Shown piece by piece: positions 1 to 8,128 of a stretch of DNA of 32,000 nt. Origin of the DNA: Pirellula staleyi DSM 6068 (GTDB lineage Bacteria; Planctomycetota; Planctomycetia; Pirellulales; Pirellulaceae); NCBI GenBank assembly GCA_000025185.1, contig CP001848.1, forward strand, positions 1,740,001-1,772,000. Direction: 5' to 3'. How positions within the stretch are numbered: position 1 is the first letter of the stretch; the number at the start of each line of letters is the position of its first letter. Below the pieces are notes generated by a model. The model ran no database searches. It had not been told where the DNA came from and saw only the letters and a list, made by a program, of their open reading frames with translations. A program made the position numbers and the translations under genes.

Positions 1-214
1 TGGCTAGTTTTCGTCGAAGTGCGTGAACACCCCATCCCCTATCGAGAGTGGGAGGCAACGATAAACTCTCGCGATTTTTCTGAAAATCATATTTGCGGAA
101 GTCCGTTGTTGTCGCACAATGCTTGCCAGTCCACTTGGTGGCAAGAGCAGTCGCTCACCTCACCAGCTGAGGACCCAACCCAAGCACATTTTGCGGAACA
201 ACGAGAGAACAGCC

Positions 215-496
215 ATGTCGACCATGCCCGGCAGTAACCCAGCCATCGAAAAAGAGATCGCCAGCAAAGCCACCACCGCACTGATCTGCGGCATCGTGGG
301 TCTGTTCTGCTGCATGTTCGTAGGTATCTACGCGATCATTGTCGCCGGACAAGGTGAAAAACTGATTGCCCAGTACGGCGTTGGCCAAGAGCATGCCTCG
401 AAGCTGATGATTGGCAAAGTGCTCGGCTTTGTCGCGATTGGTCTGTTTGTACTCGGCATCGTCGCGAACGTCATCATGATGGCGATGCAGGGCTAA
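215..496 (+). CDS. Small two-TM membrane protein, CD225/dispanin-like (IFITM-like), paralog 1 (93 aa)
   Basis: I chose the ATG at 215 inside track ORF 119..496 because the paralog at 1371 aligns from this Met (MSTMPGSNPAIEKEIASKATTALICGIVGL vs MSLPENRDPAIESQISNKTTIALVCGIVGL). The layout is TM, amphipathic loop, TM. LFCCMFVGIYAII resembles the remembered CD225 core pattern (fCC..lGivAiv). The family was not searched; DUF4190-like is an alternative. Confidence 0.6.
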   Translation: MSTMPGSNPAIEKEIASKATTALICGIVGLFCCMFVGIYAIIVAGQGEKLIAQYGVGQEHASKLMIGKVLGFVAIGLFVLGIVANVIMMAMQG

Positions 497-823
497 ATCC
501 CCTTCTGACTCTCCGCGAGCAGCAGCTAACTTGTCGTTCTCGAGCTGGATTCCACCACAGAGGTTTCCAGCTCTGTCTGACAATCCGTCTGTACGCAGGC
601 GTTCTCACGACATTGCTGGTCTCGCCACTGCTTCACCAGCGGATGCTAGTGGTTAGTTGATTGGCTGCTGACCTCAGCCGAAAGCTAACAGCTTCCTATG
701 AATTAGCCGGATGTGTTCGTAACATTCGGCACTTGCCTGCGCCGTAGCGGTTGGTATCGCGGTGTTGCGATGCCTACTGTTTGCGATAAAAACCCAACTT
801 GGATCGACGCGGAGATTACCCCT

Positions 824-1228
824 ATGAATTTGCTTCTACCCCTGTTTGCGCAAGATGATGGTGGCGGCGGAGCTATCGTTGTTCTCTTGAGTTTGTTTTG
901 CATGCTCATCGTCCCACTGGCGATCTTGGGGGTAGTGTTAGCGGGTATGTGGAAAGTGTTTGAAAAGGCTGGCCAGCCAGGTTGGGCCGCCATTGTTCCG
1001 ATTTATAACACCTACGTGCTTGTCGTCGAAATTGCCAAGATGGACATCATGTGGTTCGTCCTCTTGCTCGTCCCTTGCGTGCAGTACGTCGCTGTGTTTG
1101 TCATCATGATTAAGGTGGCAAAGAAATATGGCCAAGGAGATGGTTTTGGCATCGGCATGGCCCTTCTTCCTTTCATCTTCATTCCAATCCTGGGCTTTGG
1201 ATCGGCACGCTATAATCCCTCGGCTTAA
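824..1228 (+). CDS. DUF5684-like small polytopic membrane protein (134 aa)
   Basis: ATG at 824 inside ORF 713..1228. The motifs MWKVFEKAGQPGWAAIVPIYNTYVLV and GFGIGMALLPFIFIPILGFGSARY match my memory of the DUF5684 family. It has several hydrophobic helices. Confidence 0.65.
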   Translation: MNLLLPLFAQDDGGGGAIVVLLSLFCMLIVPLAILGVVLAGMWKVFEKAGQPGWAAIVPIYNTYVLVVEIAKMDIMWFVLLLVPCVQYVAVFVIMIKVAKKYGQGDGFGIGMALLPFIFIPILGFGSARYNPSA

Positions 1229-1266
1229 GTTCAGCGGACTAGTTCACAAGCGTGTTGTGAAATCAT

Positions 1267-1294
1267 GACATCGAGTCCCCTGTGACTCGATGTC
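1267..1294 (+). promoter_or_regulatory. Perfect 11-bp hairpin in the DUF5684 / CD225-2 intergenic region
   Basis: GACATCGAGTC, loop ccctgt, GACTCGATGTC. Confidence 0.4.
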
Positions 1295-1317
1295 TCTTCC
1301 GTGTCGCGACAGACTCA

Positions 1318-1347
1318 GACCGCTCGCCCCTTTTTTGGCGAGTGGTC
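1318..1347 (+). promoter_or_regulatory. Second 11-bp hairpin (one G-U pair) with a T6-containing loop
   Basis: GACCGCTCGCC, loop cctttttt, GGCGAGTGGTC. It ends 24 nt before the ATG at 1371. Confidence 0.4.
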
Positions 1348-1370
1348 GTAGGCCCCGAGTTTCTTACTCA

Positions 1371-1652
1371 ATGTCGTTACCCGAGAACCGCGACCCCGCG
1401 ATCGAAAGTCAGATTTCTAACAAAACCACGATTGCGCTGGTTTGCGGAATTGTGGGGCTGATCTTTAGCGGCATGTGCTGTGGTCTCGTCTCGATTTATG
1501 CCATTATCGAAGCCAATCGGGGTGATGGTCTGATCGATGTGAATGGCTATGGCGAGGAGTATCGATTTCAGCTCCGGGTCAGCCGAATCTTAGGGTGGAT
1601 CGGCGTCGTGATTTGGGTCGCTCAAATTCTGTTTGCCATGCTGACGCGCTAG
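1371..1652 (+). CDS. Small two-TM membrane protein, CD225/dispanin-like, paralog 2 (93 aa)
   Basis: ATG at 1371 inside ORF 1290..1652. It is collinear with the 215..496 product over its whole length (DPAIESQISNKTTIALVCGIVGLIF...VSIYAIIEANRGDGLI...). The upstream part of the track ORF overlaps two strong hairpins and is probably non-coding. Confidence 0.6.
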   Translation: MSLPENRDPAIESQISNKTTIALVCGIVGLIFSGMCCGLVSIYAIIEANRGDGLIDVNGYGEEYRFQLRVSRILGWIGVVIWVAQILFAMLTR

Positions 1653-1712
1653 TTATGGCTAACGATCGGGGAGCCCGATGCTGGAACCAGACCGCGGTGA
1701 TAAGCGACAGCG

Positions 1713-2012
1713 ATGAACTACAACCTTGTTGACGATGGCTGTACGGAAGAAGAGATCGAAGCGCTGATTGAGCGGAATCTGAAATGGTCGCTGTTTGGAG
1801 CCATCTTTTCGATCCTCTGCCCGACCTTGATCACCGCCATTGTTTGTGTGTTCTATGCCAACAAGGCGGCCCACTTAGTCGAGCACTACGAGGTGGGCTA
1901 TCAGTACAGCCCACGCATCCGCTCGATGCAATACTTTGGCTACACGATGCTGGTGGTGCAGTTAGCCCTGAGTGTGATCTCGCTCCGCTTCTTCATGACC
2001 GGCGGACTGTGA
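1713..2012 (+). CDS. Small two-TM membrane protein, diverged CD225-like third paralog (99 aa)
   Basis: ATG at 1713. An acidic N-terminus is followed by the same TM-loop-TM plan (WSLFGAIFSILCPTLITAIVCVFYANKAAHLVEHY...YFGYTMLVVQLALSVISL). Similarity to the other two is weaker. Confidence 0.5.
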   Translation: MNYNLVDDGCTEEEIEALIERNLKWSLFGAIFSILCPTLITAIVCVFYANKAAHLVEHYEVGYQYSPRIRSMQYFGYTMLVVQLALSVISLRFFMTGGL

Positions 2013-2047
2013 TGATGGGCAGACGGTGATGACGGGCAGACGGTGAG
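2009..2047. repeat. 17-bp tandem repeat, about 2.3 copies
   Basis: GTGATGATGGGCAGACG GTGATGACGGGCAGACG GTGAG. It overlaps the TGA stop (2010-2012) of the third CD225-like gene. Confidence 0.7.
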
Positions 2048-2077
2048 ATTTCGCTTCTGCCTGCAGACTACTGCGAG

Positions 2078-3517
2078 CTACAGCGTCTTCAGATATTCCA
2101 GCACTGCTTCGCGCTGGGCTTCCGTCAGTTTGGCGGGATAGTCGTGTCCAGCCGCACTTTTACCAAACGATTTCGTGCTGAAATACTCGCGCCGTGCTGC
2201 GCCGCGTCGTGCATAGTCGGGAAGCTGTGGAAGCACCTCCACTTTGAGACCGACCCGCTCGTGATCATAGTCATCTTCCGCACCCTTCCAAACGACAGGT
2301 CGCTCGGCTGGTCGCAGCAGATGCCACAGGGTCGGCACACTTCCATTGTGTAAATAAGGGGCTGAGGCCCAAATGCCATGCAGCGGCGGGGCTACATACC
2401 CCTCGGGAGCATCGATGTTTGGCAGCTTGGCGTAGTCGGTGAACCAACTTTCCCCATACGCCTTGCGATGGGCTGGCGTCAGGGCATCGTAGCGCACCCG
2501 ATCAGTACCAATGTCGTCAATCGGAATGTTTCGTTCGGGATAGCTCGGCTTGTCACCATAGGTGCCGTGACATTCCGCACAGTTCTTTTGAAACACCACA
2601 GCTCCACGGTCTGCCAGAGGCTGATCAATCTTGCCAGGAAATTTCGGCGCTTCGATCGACGCGATGAACGCAAACACATCGCGGAACTCCTCTTCCCAGT
2701 TGCGGAACCTCTCGGGGCCGTTTTGCTTCACGAGCATGAACTGCATCAGCCCGCGATGCCCCTTGCCGGCGAAACCATCGATGTAGAGATAGTCTTTGAA
2801 CTTAAAATTCCACCACGCCGGTGCATCCATATCGTGATGCACCATCTTCGGAATGCCACGATCTTCGTGGATGTTCAAATCAGCATCGCGGAAGTGCATC
2901 AGCACGACACCAAACATCACCGCATTGGTGCTGCCGTTGGTCGCTCCGAGGGGGACAAACACACTTCCAAGATCCATCCGCGACGGGGCTTTGCCGAGCT
3001 CTAGTTTTGCCGCAAACGTATCCTCTGTCAGGGTTTGCAAAGCAAACCGACGGTTGGGAAGTCCGGGAATCGTGGTCCCGGAAAGTTTCCCGCCATGGCA
3101 GGCAAAGCAGTTCATCGTCCAGTTCCCGGCGCTATCCACCACATACTGCAGCGGCTTCGTTGGATCGTCGGGACGAGGGGTCAGACCGTAGCGCGAAAAA
3201 GCCATTCGCCGACGCTCGTCGGGAGTCGCTTTCTCTGCTTCACTCCGCAAAGGCTCGGGCCAGTTTTTCCAGGTGTTGTCGAAGGTCTCTTGGTCGAAAT
3301 CGGGGGGCAGATAAGCCTTCTGGGTGAGGAGCTTATAGCCCCGCTCGGCCGGCGTAAGTTGTTTCCACTCTTCAGGATAGCCTGTTCCGCCCCAAGTCGG
3401 CTGCTTTGTTTCAGCAGCTAGCGCGGGGTGACTCGCCAGGCTCAGCAGCACGATCGCGGGGAGCCATGTGCGGGAAGACATCATCCACGAGCTCGTATTT
3501 TTGGCAGCAGAATGCAT
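2078..3517 (-). CDS. Secreted di-haem c-type cytochrome (479 aa)
   Basis: It has a signal peptide (MMSSRTWLPAIVLLSLASHPALAAE) and two CxxCH haem-binding motifs (NCFACHGG and NCAECHGT). Alternative starts are at Met12/Met13 (3484/3481). All antisense ORFs across it are shadow ORFs. Confidence 0.8.
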   Translation of the reverse strand: MHSAAKNTSSWMMSSRTWLPAIVLLSLASHPALAAETKQPTWGGTGYPEEWKQLTPAERGYKLLTQKAYLPPDFDQETFDNTWKNWPEPLRSEAEKATPDERRRMAFSRYGLTPRPDDPTKPLQYVVDSAGNWTMNCFACHGGKLSGTTIPGLPNRRFALQTLTEDTFAAKLELGKAPSRMDLGSVFVPLGATNGSTNAVMFGVVLMHFRDADLNIHEDRGIPKMVHHDMDAPAWWNFKFKDYLYIDGFAGKGHRGLMQFMLVKQNGPERFRNWEEEFRDVFAFIASIEAPKFPGKIDQPLADRGAVVFQKNCAECHGTYGDKPSYPERNIPIDDIGTDRVRYDALTPAHRKAYGESWFTDYAKLPNIDAPEGYVAPPLHGIWASAPYLHNGSVPTLWHLLRPAERPVVWKGAEDDYDHERVGLKVEVLPQLPDYARRGAARREYFSTKSFGKSAAGHDYPAKLTEAQREAVLEYLKTL

Positions 3518-3917
3518 ATCGGGTCGAACTTCCTCGCCAACGAGCGTGGGGCAGAGTTAACAGGAGATATTTTGGCCGATCGGTAGCTATGACACTATAG
3601 GAACACGACGATTGGCGCGTGGCGACCGTCGGCAAATCGGCCATGATCTATACCCCGTAAATCGACCGGTCGTTTTAACGCCGCAGCGGGAACGTCAGTT
3701 CGGGGGAAGAATCTGACTGGCAAAATCGCTCACGTGGCGGGATACTCGCCCACCAGCGCGCTGCTGATGCCGCGCTGCAACCGGCGTGGCGATCTCCCCT
3801 TGGCCATGCCCCCGATTCACCGGACCCAAGTATGAGCAACCCCAGAGAGCCGATAGAGAACCTCCCGCTATCCCGCGTGAGCGGTTCCGCGCGCCTTTCA
3901 CTTGGCGAGGCCTCCCT

Positions 3918-4811
3918 ATGACCTCTGGTGAGCCTGGCGATCCTCAGCTGCCCAGCAGCACTGGTGCTAGTGCCGATTCCGCGACCAGCGAACCGACCAC
4001 TTCGCAGCCAACGAGCACAAGTTCGAAACGGGCGCTGCAAGTGGCTACCGCCATCCTGGTGCTGGCCTACGTTCTGGTGCACATGGTGCTGGTGGTACGC
4101 GCCTACGCTTCGGCCAGCATGATTTGGAACCTACCGATCCTGCGATCCGACGCCCTGTTTTGGTACATCGGTCTAGCGCTAGGGAATATCGGTTTGGGGG
4201 CGGCCTACCTCACGATTGGTCGAAAGCCGCTGCTCGTTCGATTTTTAGTCTTTTGCAGCCTCATCGTACTGGCGGGAGTTGTGGGACATTTAGGGGATAG
4301 TGGCGTTCCCAATGAGTACTCCCGCTATGTCGACTGGATCGGCGCGACGCTCGCCATCGCTATCGGGCTCGCGCTGGTGCTCCTCTTGTTTCGCTTACGA
4401 GGCTGGCACGTGGTAACCCCTCACGATCTGCCGCTCCCCCTGGGTAAACCAACACAGTTCTCCATCGCCTCGATTCTCTCGCTCACCACCTGCGCGGGGC
4501 TAACGCTGGGGCTAGCTCGCTGGCTGGAATTTCCGATCGACGCCATCGGAGTGGTGCTCGCGATGGTCCTCAGCTGTCTCCTGCAGATCTTGTCCTCGAT
4601 GATGCTGCTGCTCGAGCGACCCGCTCAGCTGCTGGCGATTCCATGCCTGATGCTGGCCTTCGCCGTGAGCATCATCGTGCTCTATTACGCAGTCGCTCAG
4701 CCCACGATCAATGAGTTCATCATCATCAACCTGGTGAGTGTGCTGCAGCAGTCGGGCGTGATGTTGATCCTTCGTCAATTCGGTTATCGGTTGCACCGTA
4801 CTGCCACCTAG
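3918..4811 (+). CDS. Lineage-specific polytopic membrane protein, tandem paralog A (297 aa)
   Basis: ATG at 3918 inside ORF 3786..4811. A Ser/Thr/Pro-rich N-terminus is followed by about 8 hydrophobic helices. It is collinear with the next gene (KPTQFSIASILSLTTCAGLTLGLARWLE vs TSTQFSIGRLIELTLVCAVGFAAAKWVE; C-termini LRQFGYRLHR vs LRARGYRLMH). Confidence 0.6.
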   Translation: MTSGEPGDPQLPSSTGASADSATSEPTTSQPTSTSSKRALQVATAILVLAYVLVHMVLVVRAYASASMIWNLPILRSDALFWYIGLALGNIGLGAAYLTIGRKPLLVRFLVFCSLIVLAGVVGHLGDSGVPNEYSRYVDWIGATLAIAIGLALVLLLFRLRGWHVVTPHDLPLPLGKPTQFSIASILSLTTCAGLTLGLARWLEFPIDAIGVVLAMVLSCLLQILSSMMLLLERPAQLLAIPCLMLAFAVSIIVLYYAVAQPTINEFIIINLVSVLQQSGVMLILRQFGYRLHRTAT

Positions 4812-4888
4812 GAGACGCTTCACTTTCGTCGCGTCGTTCTTTCGACAATCACACCACTCCGCAGCCCAGCAGCTGACGAGACCCTTTC

Positions 4889-5815
4889 ATGACCGCGATG
4901 CCCGGCGACGATCCCCAGCCAGAAGCGAGCGCATCTGCCGCAGCTAATCCGTTTGGCTATACCTCGGCAGAGACTCTGCTCCCCACCATCGCCGAGGCTG
5001 AAGCGATCATCGCCGATCCGCGACCCCGGTGGAGCCAGTTGATGCTGGTGATTGGCCTCTGGTGGGGCGTCATCTTCGTGCTGGTGGTCGCTTTGACGAT
5101 CGTGCAGCTGATGGGTTTGGATCTCGATCTCGAACTGATCCTGTTAATCCCTGGCGTAGGAGCTGCGGGGATGTTTTTGTGCGGGATGTTCTTAGCCTAT
5201 GGCCCCACCTATCTCTGGCTGCGGACTTTGCTCGTCGTGGCGGTGCAGGCAATGCTGCTCGGCGCCATGGTGATCGCCTCGGGAAATAACGGGGCACCAC
5301 CCATCGGGGAACTGATCCGCTTTTACTTTGGTATCTGCATGGTGCCGATGACGATTGGGGTTCTGCTCACACTCTTCAAACTGATGGGCTACACACTCCT
5401 AAACGTAGTCGAGCGCCGCAGTAAAACCACCTCGACGCAGTTCTCGATTGGTCGACTGATCGAGCTCACCTTGGTTTGTGCCGTCGGGTTTGCTGCCGCG
5501 AAATGGGTCGAAGATGCTGAAGATCTGTTTGAGATTTACTGGGTGGTAGGGCTCGTCGTGCTGGGGCAAGGTATTCCAGCGCTTGTGCTTCTCGTGCCAC
5601 GCTTTTCGGCAGTTTTGTGTGGCGGCATCACGGTGGGGCTGTGGTTGCTGCTACTCGGTGTGCATGCTTTTTGCATGTACCTGCAGAATGACTTAAGCGA
5701 TTTCACGGGGCTGGCTTGTTTCGATATCTTGGCGGTGAATGTTCTGGCGATGGGCTGCTACTTGCTTCGCGCGCGTGGCTATCGCTTGATGCATTTCGCC
5801 AGCACCGCCGTTTAG
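4889..5815 (+). CDS. Lineage-specific polytopic membrane protein, tandem paralog B (308 aa)
   Basis: ATG at 4889. It has the same architecture and motifs as 3918..4811 and starts 77 nt downstream of it. Confidence 0.65.
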   Translation: MTAMPGDDPQPEASASAAANPFGYTSAETLLPTIAEAEAIIADPRPRWSQLMLVIGLWWGVIFVLVVALTIVQLMGLDLDLELILLIPGVGAAGMFLCGMFLAYGPTYLWLRTLLVVAVQAMLLGAMVIASGNNGAPPIGELIRFYFGICMVPMTIGVLLTLFKLMGYTLLNVVERRSKTTSTQFSIGRLIELTLVCAVGFAAAKWVEDAEDLFEIYWVVGLVVLGQGIPALVLLVPRFSAVLCGGITVGLWLLLLGVHAFCMYLQNDLSDFTGLACFDILAVNVLAMGCYLLRARGYRLMHFASTAV

Positions 5816-5843
5816 CAGCACTTCGATCCGCCGCTGCGCGGGA

Positions 5844-6686
5844 CTATGGAGCCGGGGGCGTTTCGTGCCACGGATTGTGCCAATTTCCCCAGCGGCTGAG
5901 ATAGTCGCTCAAGACCGGAATGGTTTTGGCATGATTGGCAATCCAGTCGTGCGCTTCGGCGACGATCTTCTGCTCTTGCGGCAATGTCAGACGCCCCAAC
6001 AGGACCTGACAGCGGAGAAAAATGAAGTAGGTGTCGAGCACATCGCAGCGACAGTAGTCGTTGATCTCCGAAAATTTGCCGGCGTTGTAGAAATCCTGCA
6101 CCATGTTCCCCTGGACATCCATTTTTCCAGGTTTGCCGAGCAATTGAGCCGCCAGGTTCAGCCCGCCATGAAATCGGGAAGCGCCGAAATTCGTGAGGGT
6201 GTCGTGCAAGTCGAGATGAGCCTCGGTGTTGTAGCGATTGCGAGGCTGTTCGTAGGTTTTGCCGCTCGCATAAAACCAGCCCGGCAAGCTGAGGCCGTAG
6301 CGAAACGAGGCGAGCTCCAGCAGCGGAAGATCGAACGATCGTCCGTTGAAACTTACGAGCGTGGGGCGTTTATACGCTTCCCAGCCGCGCCAAAAATGCT
6401 CGGTGATCACATGAGGGCGGAACTGGGGTTCGTCGAGCGCTACGAGGTCGAGCAGGCGAAAATCGTCGCTCACTTTCGCCACCACCACTGAAACGGGAAG
6501 CTGGTAGGTGTAGGGAATGAAGTCGCTATCGTGCTTGGCCATCAGTTCTTCGCGATACTGCTGCACGGCTGTCGCTGGGTCGATGGTTTCCCCCGGGTGA
6601 CGAATCCGCGCCACGAGCTCGCCATCGGCAACACTTTCGACGTCAAACACCAAATATCGGACCGACGATTTAGCCAAGCGAGTCAT
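5844..6686 (-). CDS. 3'-5' exonuclease related to the PolB exonuclease domain (DNA_pol_B_exo2 / COG3298-like, 280 aa)
   Basis: ATG at 6686 (MTRLAKSSVRYLVFDVESV...). It carries DEDD-type motifs: FDVES, SFNGRSFDLPLL and YCRCDVLDTYFIFLR. The 29-codon upstream extension of the track ORF runs into a G-tract repeat and is probably non-coding. Confidence 0.75.
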   Translation of the reverse strand: MTRLAKSSVRYLVFDVESVADGELVARIRHPGETIDPATAVQQYREELMAKHDSDFIPYTYQLPVSVVVAKVSDDFRLLDLVALDEPQFRPHVITEHFWRGWEAYKRPTLVSFNGRSFDLPLLELASFRYGLSLPGWFYASGKTYEQPRNRYNTEAHLDLHDTLTNFGASRFHGGLNLAAQLLGKPGKMDVQGNMVQDFYNAGKFSEINDYCRCDVLDTYFIFLRCQVLLGRLTLPQEQKIVAEAHDWIANHAKTIPVLSDYLSRWGNWHNPWHETPPAP

Positions 6687-6723
6687 CCCCTTTTCGTTGC
6701 GCTCGGAGCGGGCGAAGATGACA

Positions 6724-6809
6724 GGGTAACAGGGGCCAGGGGCCATGGGCCAGTGGTTAGCGCAGGCAGGCAAGTAAGAGGCTGGGAACTAGGGACTAGA
6801 GGCTAGGGA
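6724..6809 (+). repeat. G-tract word-repeat block upstream of pepT
   Basis: GGGtaacaGGGGccaGGGGccatGGG (6724-6749) is followed by AGAGGCTGGGA (6777-6787) and AGAGGCTAGGGA (6798-6809). Confidence 0.55.
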
Positions 6810-6823
6810 AAAGGAAACCGACG

Positions 6824-8074
6824 ATGACGATCAACAGCCAGCGACTCTTAGAGCGTTTTTTGCGCTATGTGAAAATCGATACGACCGCCGACGACAGCAG
6901 CACCACCTTTCCGAGTTCCCCGGGACAAGCGGTCCTTTCGAAGCTGCTTGCCGAGGAGCTTCGCCAGATGGGACTCACCGACGTGCTGGTCGACGAGTTC
7001 GAGATCGTCTACGCCACCGTCCCGTCGAACGTGAAGCACCAGTCCCCTGTCCTGGCGCTCAATGCCCACGTTGATACCTCGCCTGAAACGACCGGAAAAA
7101 ACGTCAATCCGCAGGTGATTCACCATTACACCGGCGTCGATCTGCCCCTTCCGGCCAATCCTGAAAAAGTGCTGCGGGTGAGCGATAACCCCGAACTCAC
7201 CGCGCTCGTCGGCAAGACGATCATCACCACCGATGGGACGACCCTCCTGGGGAGCGACGACAAATCGGGTGTGGCGGTGATCATGGAACTGGCAAACTAC
7301 CTGGTCGAGCATCCCGAAGTTCCGCACGGTGATATCCGGCTCCTCTTCACCTGCGACGAAGAGATCGGACAAGGGGTGAAACATGTGAACCTCGAACGTC
7401 TTGCGGCCGACGTTTGCTACACGCTCGACGGAAGTGGGAGTGGCGAAATCGATGTCGAAACGTTCTCGGCCGACCTGGCGACCATCACCGTGAAGGGGAT
7501 CAACATCCATCCTTCGATCGGAAAAGGAAGGATGGTGAACGCCGTGCGAGGTGCCGCGCGCTTTGTCGAACTGATGCCGAGCGATAAGCTCGCGCCGGAA
7601 GTGACCGAAGGGCGCGACGGGTTCATGCATCCCTACACCATCGAGGGTGGCGTGGCCGAAGTGAAGATCAAAGTGCTGCTGCGCGACTTCGACGCCCGTC
7701 AGCTCGCCGATCAAGCCGCGATGCTGCAATCGATCGCCAAGCAAGTGGAAAAAGAGATTCCGCGTCTGGCGGTCGACGTCCATGTCCGTAAGCAGTATCG
7801 CAATTTGGCGGAAGGACTCGCCCAAGAGCCGCGCGCGGTGAAGCTGGCCGAAGAAGCATTCCGGCGGCTCGGTCGCCCGTTCAAGCAAACGATCATCCGG
7901 GGCGGTACCGACGGCTCGCAGCTGACCGAACGTGGCCTCCCCACACCAAATCTCTCGACCGGCGAACACAATCCGCACTCGCCGCTGGAATGGACCTGCC
8001 TCGAGGAAATGGTCGCCGCGTGTGAAGTGCTCGTCGAACTCTCGCAGCTCTGGGGGAAGGAAACGAAGAACTAG
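6824..8074 (+). CDS. pepT: Peptidase T (tripeptide aminopeptidase, M20B family, 416 aa)
   Basis: The N-terminus LLERFLRYVKIDTTADDSSTTFPSSPGQ is typical of PepT. M20 metal-ligand motifs are present: NAHVDTSPE, LGSDDKSGVA, FTCDEEIG and GGTDGSQL. Confidence 0.9.
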   Translation: MTINSQRLLERFLRYVKIDTTADDSSTTFPSSPGQAVLSKLLAEELRQMGLTDVLVDEFEIVYATVPSNVKHQSPVLALNAHVDTSPETTGKNVNPQVIHHYTGVDLPLPANPEKVLRVSDNPELTALVGKTIITTDGTTLLGSDDKSGVAVIMELANYLVEHPEVPHGDIRLLFTCDEEIGQGVKHVNLERLAADVCYTLDGSGSGEIDVETFSADLATITVKGINIHPSIGKGRMVNAVRGAARFVELMPSDKLAPEVTEGRDGFMHPYTIEGGVAEVKIKVLLRDFDARQLADQAAMLQSIAKQVEKEIPRLAVDVHVRKQYRNLAEGLAQEPRAVKLAEEAFRRLGRPFKQTIIRGGTDGSQLTERGLPTPNLSTGEHNPHSPLEWTCLEEMVAACEVLVELSQLWGKETKN

Positions 8075-8086
8075 GATCTAGGAACT

Positions 8087-8120
8087 AGAGGCGAGAGATG
8101 AAAGGCGGGAGGCGAGGGGA
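8087..8120 (+). repeat. G-tract word-repeat block downstream of pepT
   Basis: AGAGGCGAGAGA (8087-8098) and GGGAGGCGAGGGGA (8107-8120), preceded by CTAGGATCTAGGAACTAG. Confidence 0.5.
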
Positions 8121-8128
8121 GAAGCAGC

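Noticed and set aside
6848-7978. 376-aa ORF antisense to pepT
   Set aside because: It lies entirely inside the strongly supported pepT gene on the opposite strand. It is rich in Arg/Gly/His and has no motifs. This is a typical shadow ORF of GC-rich DNA.
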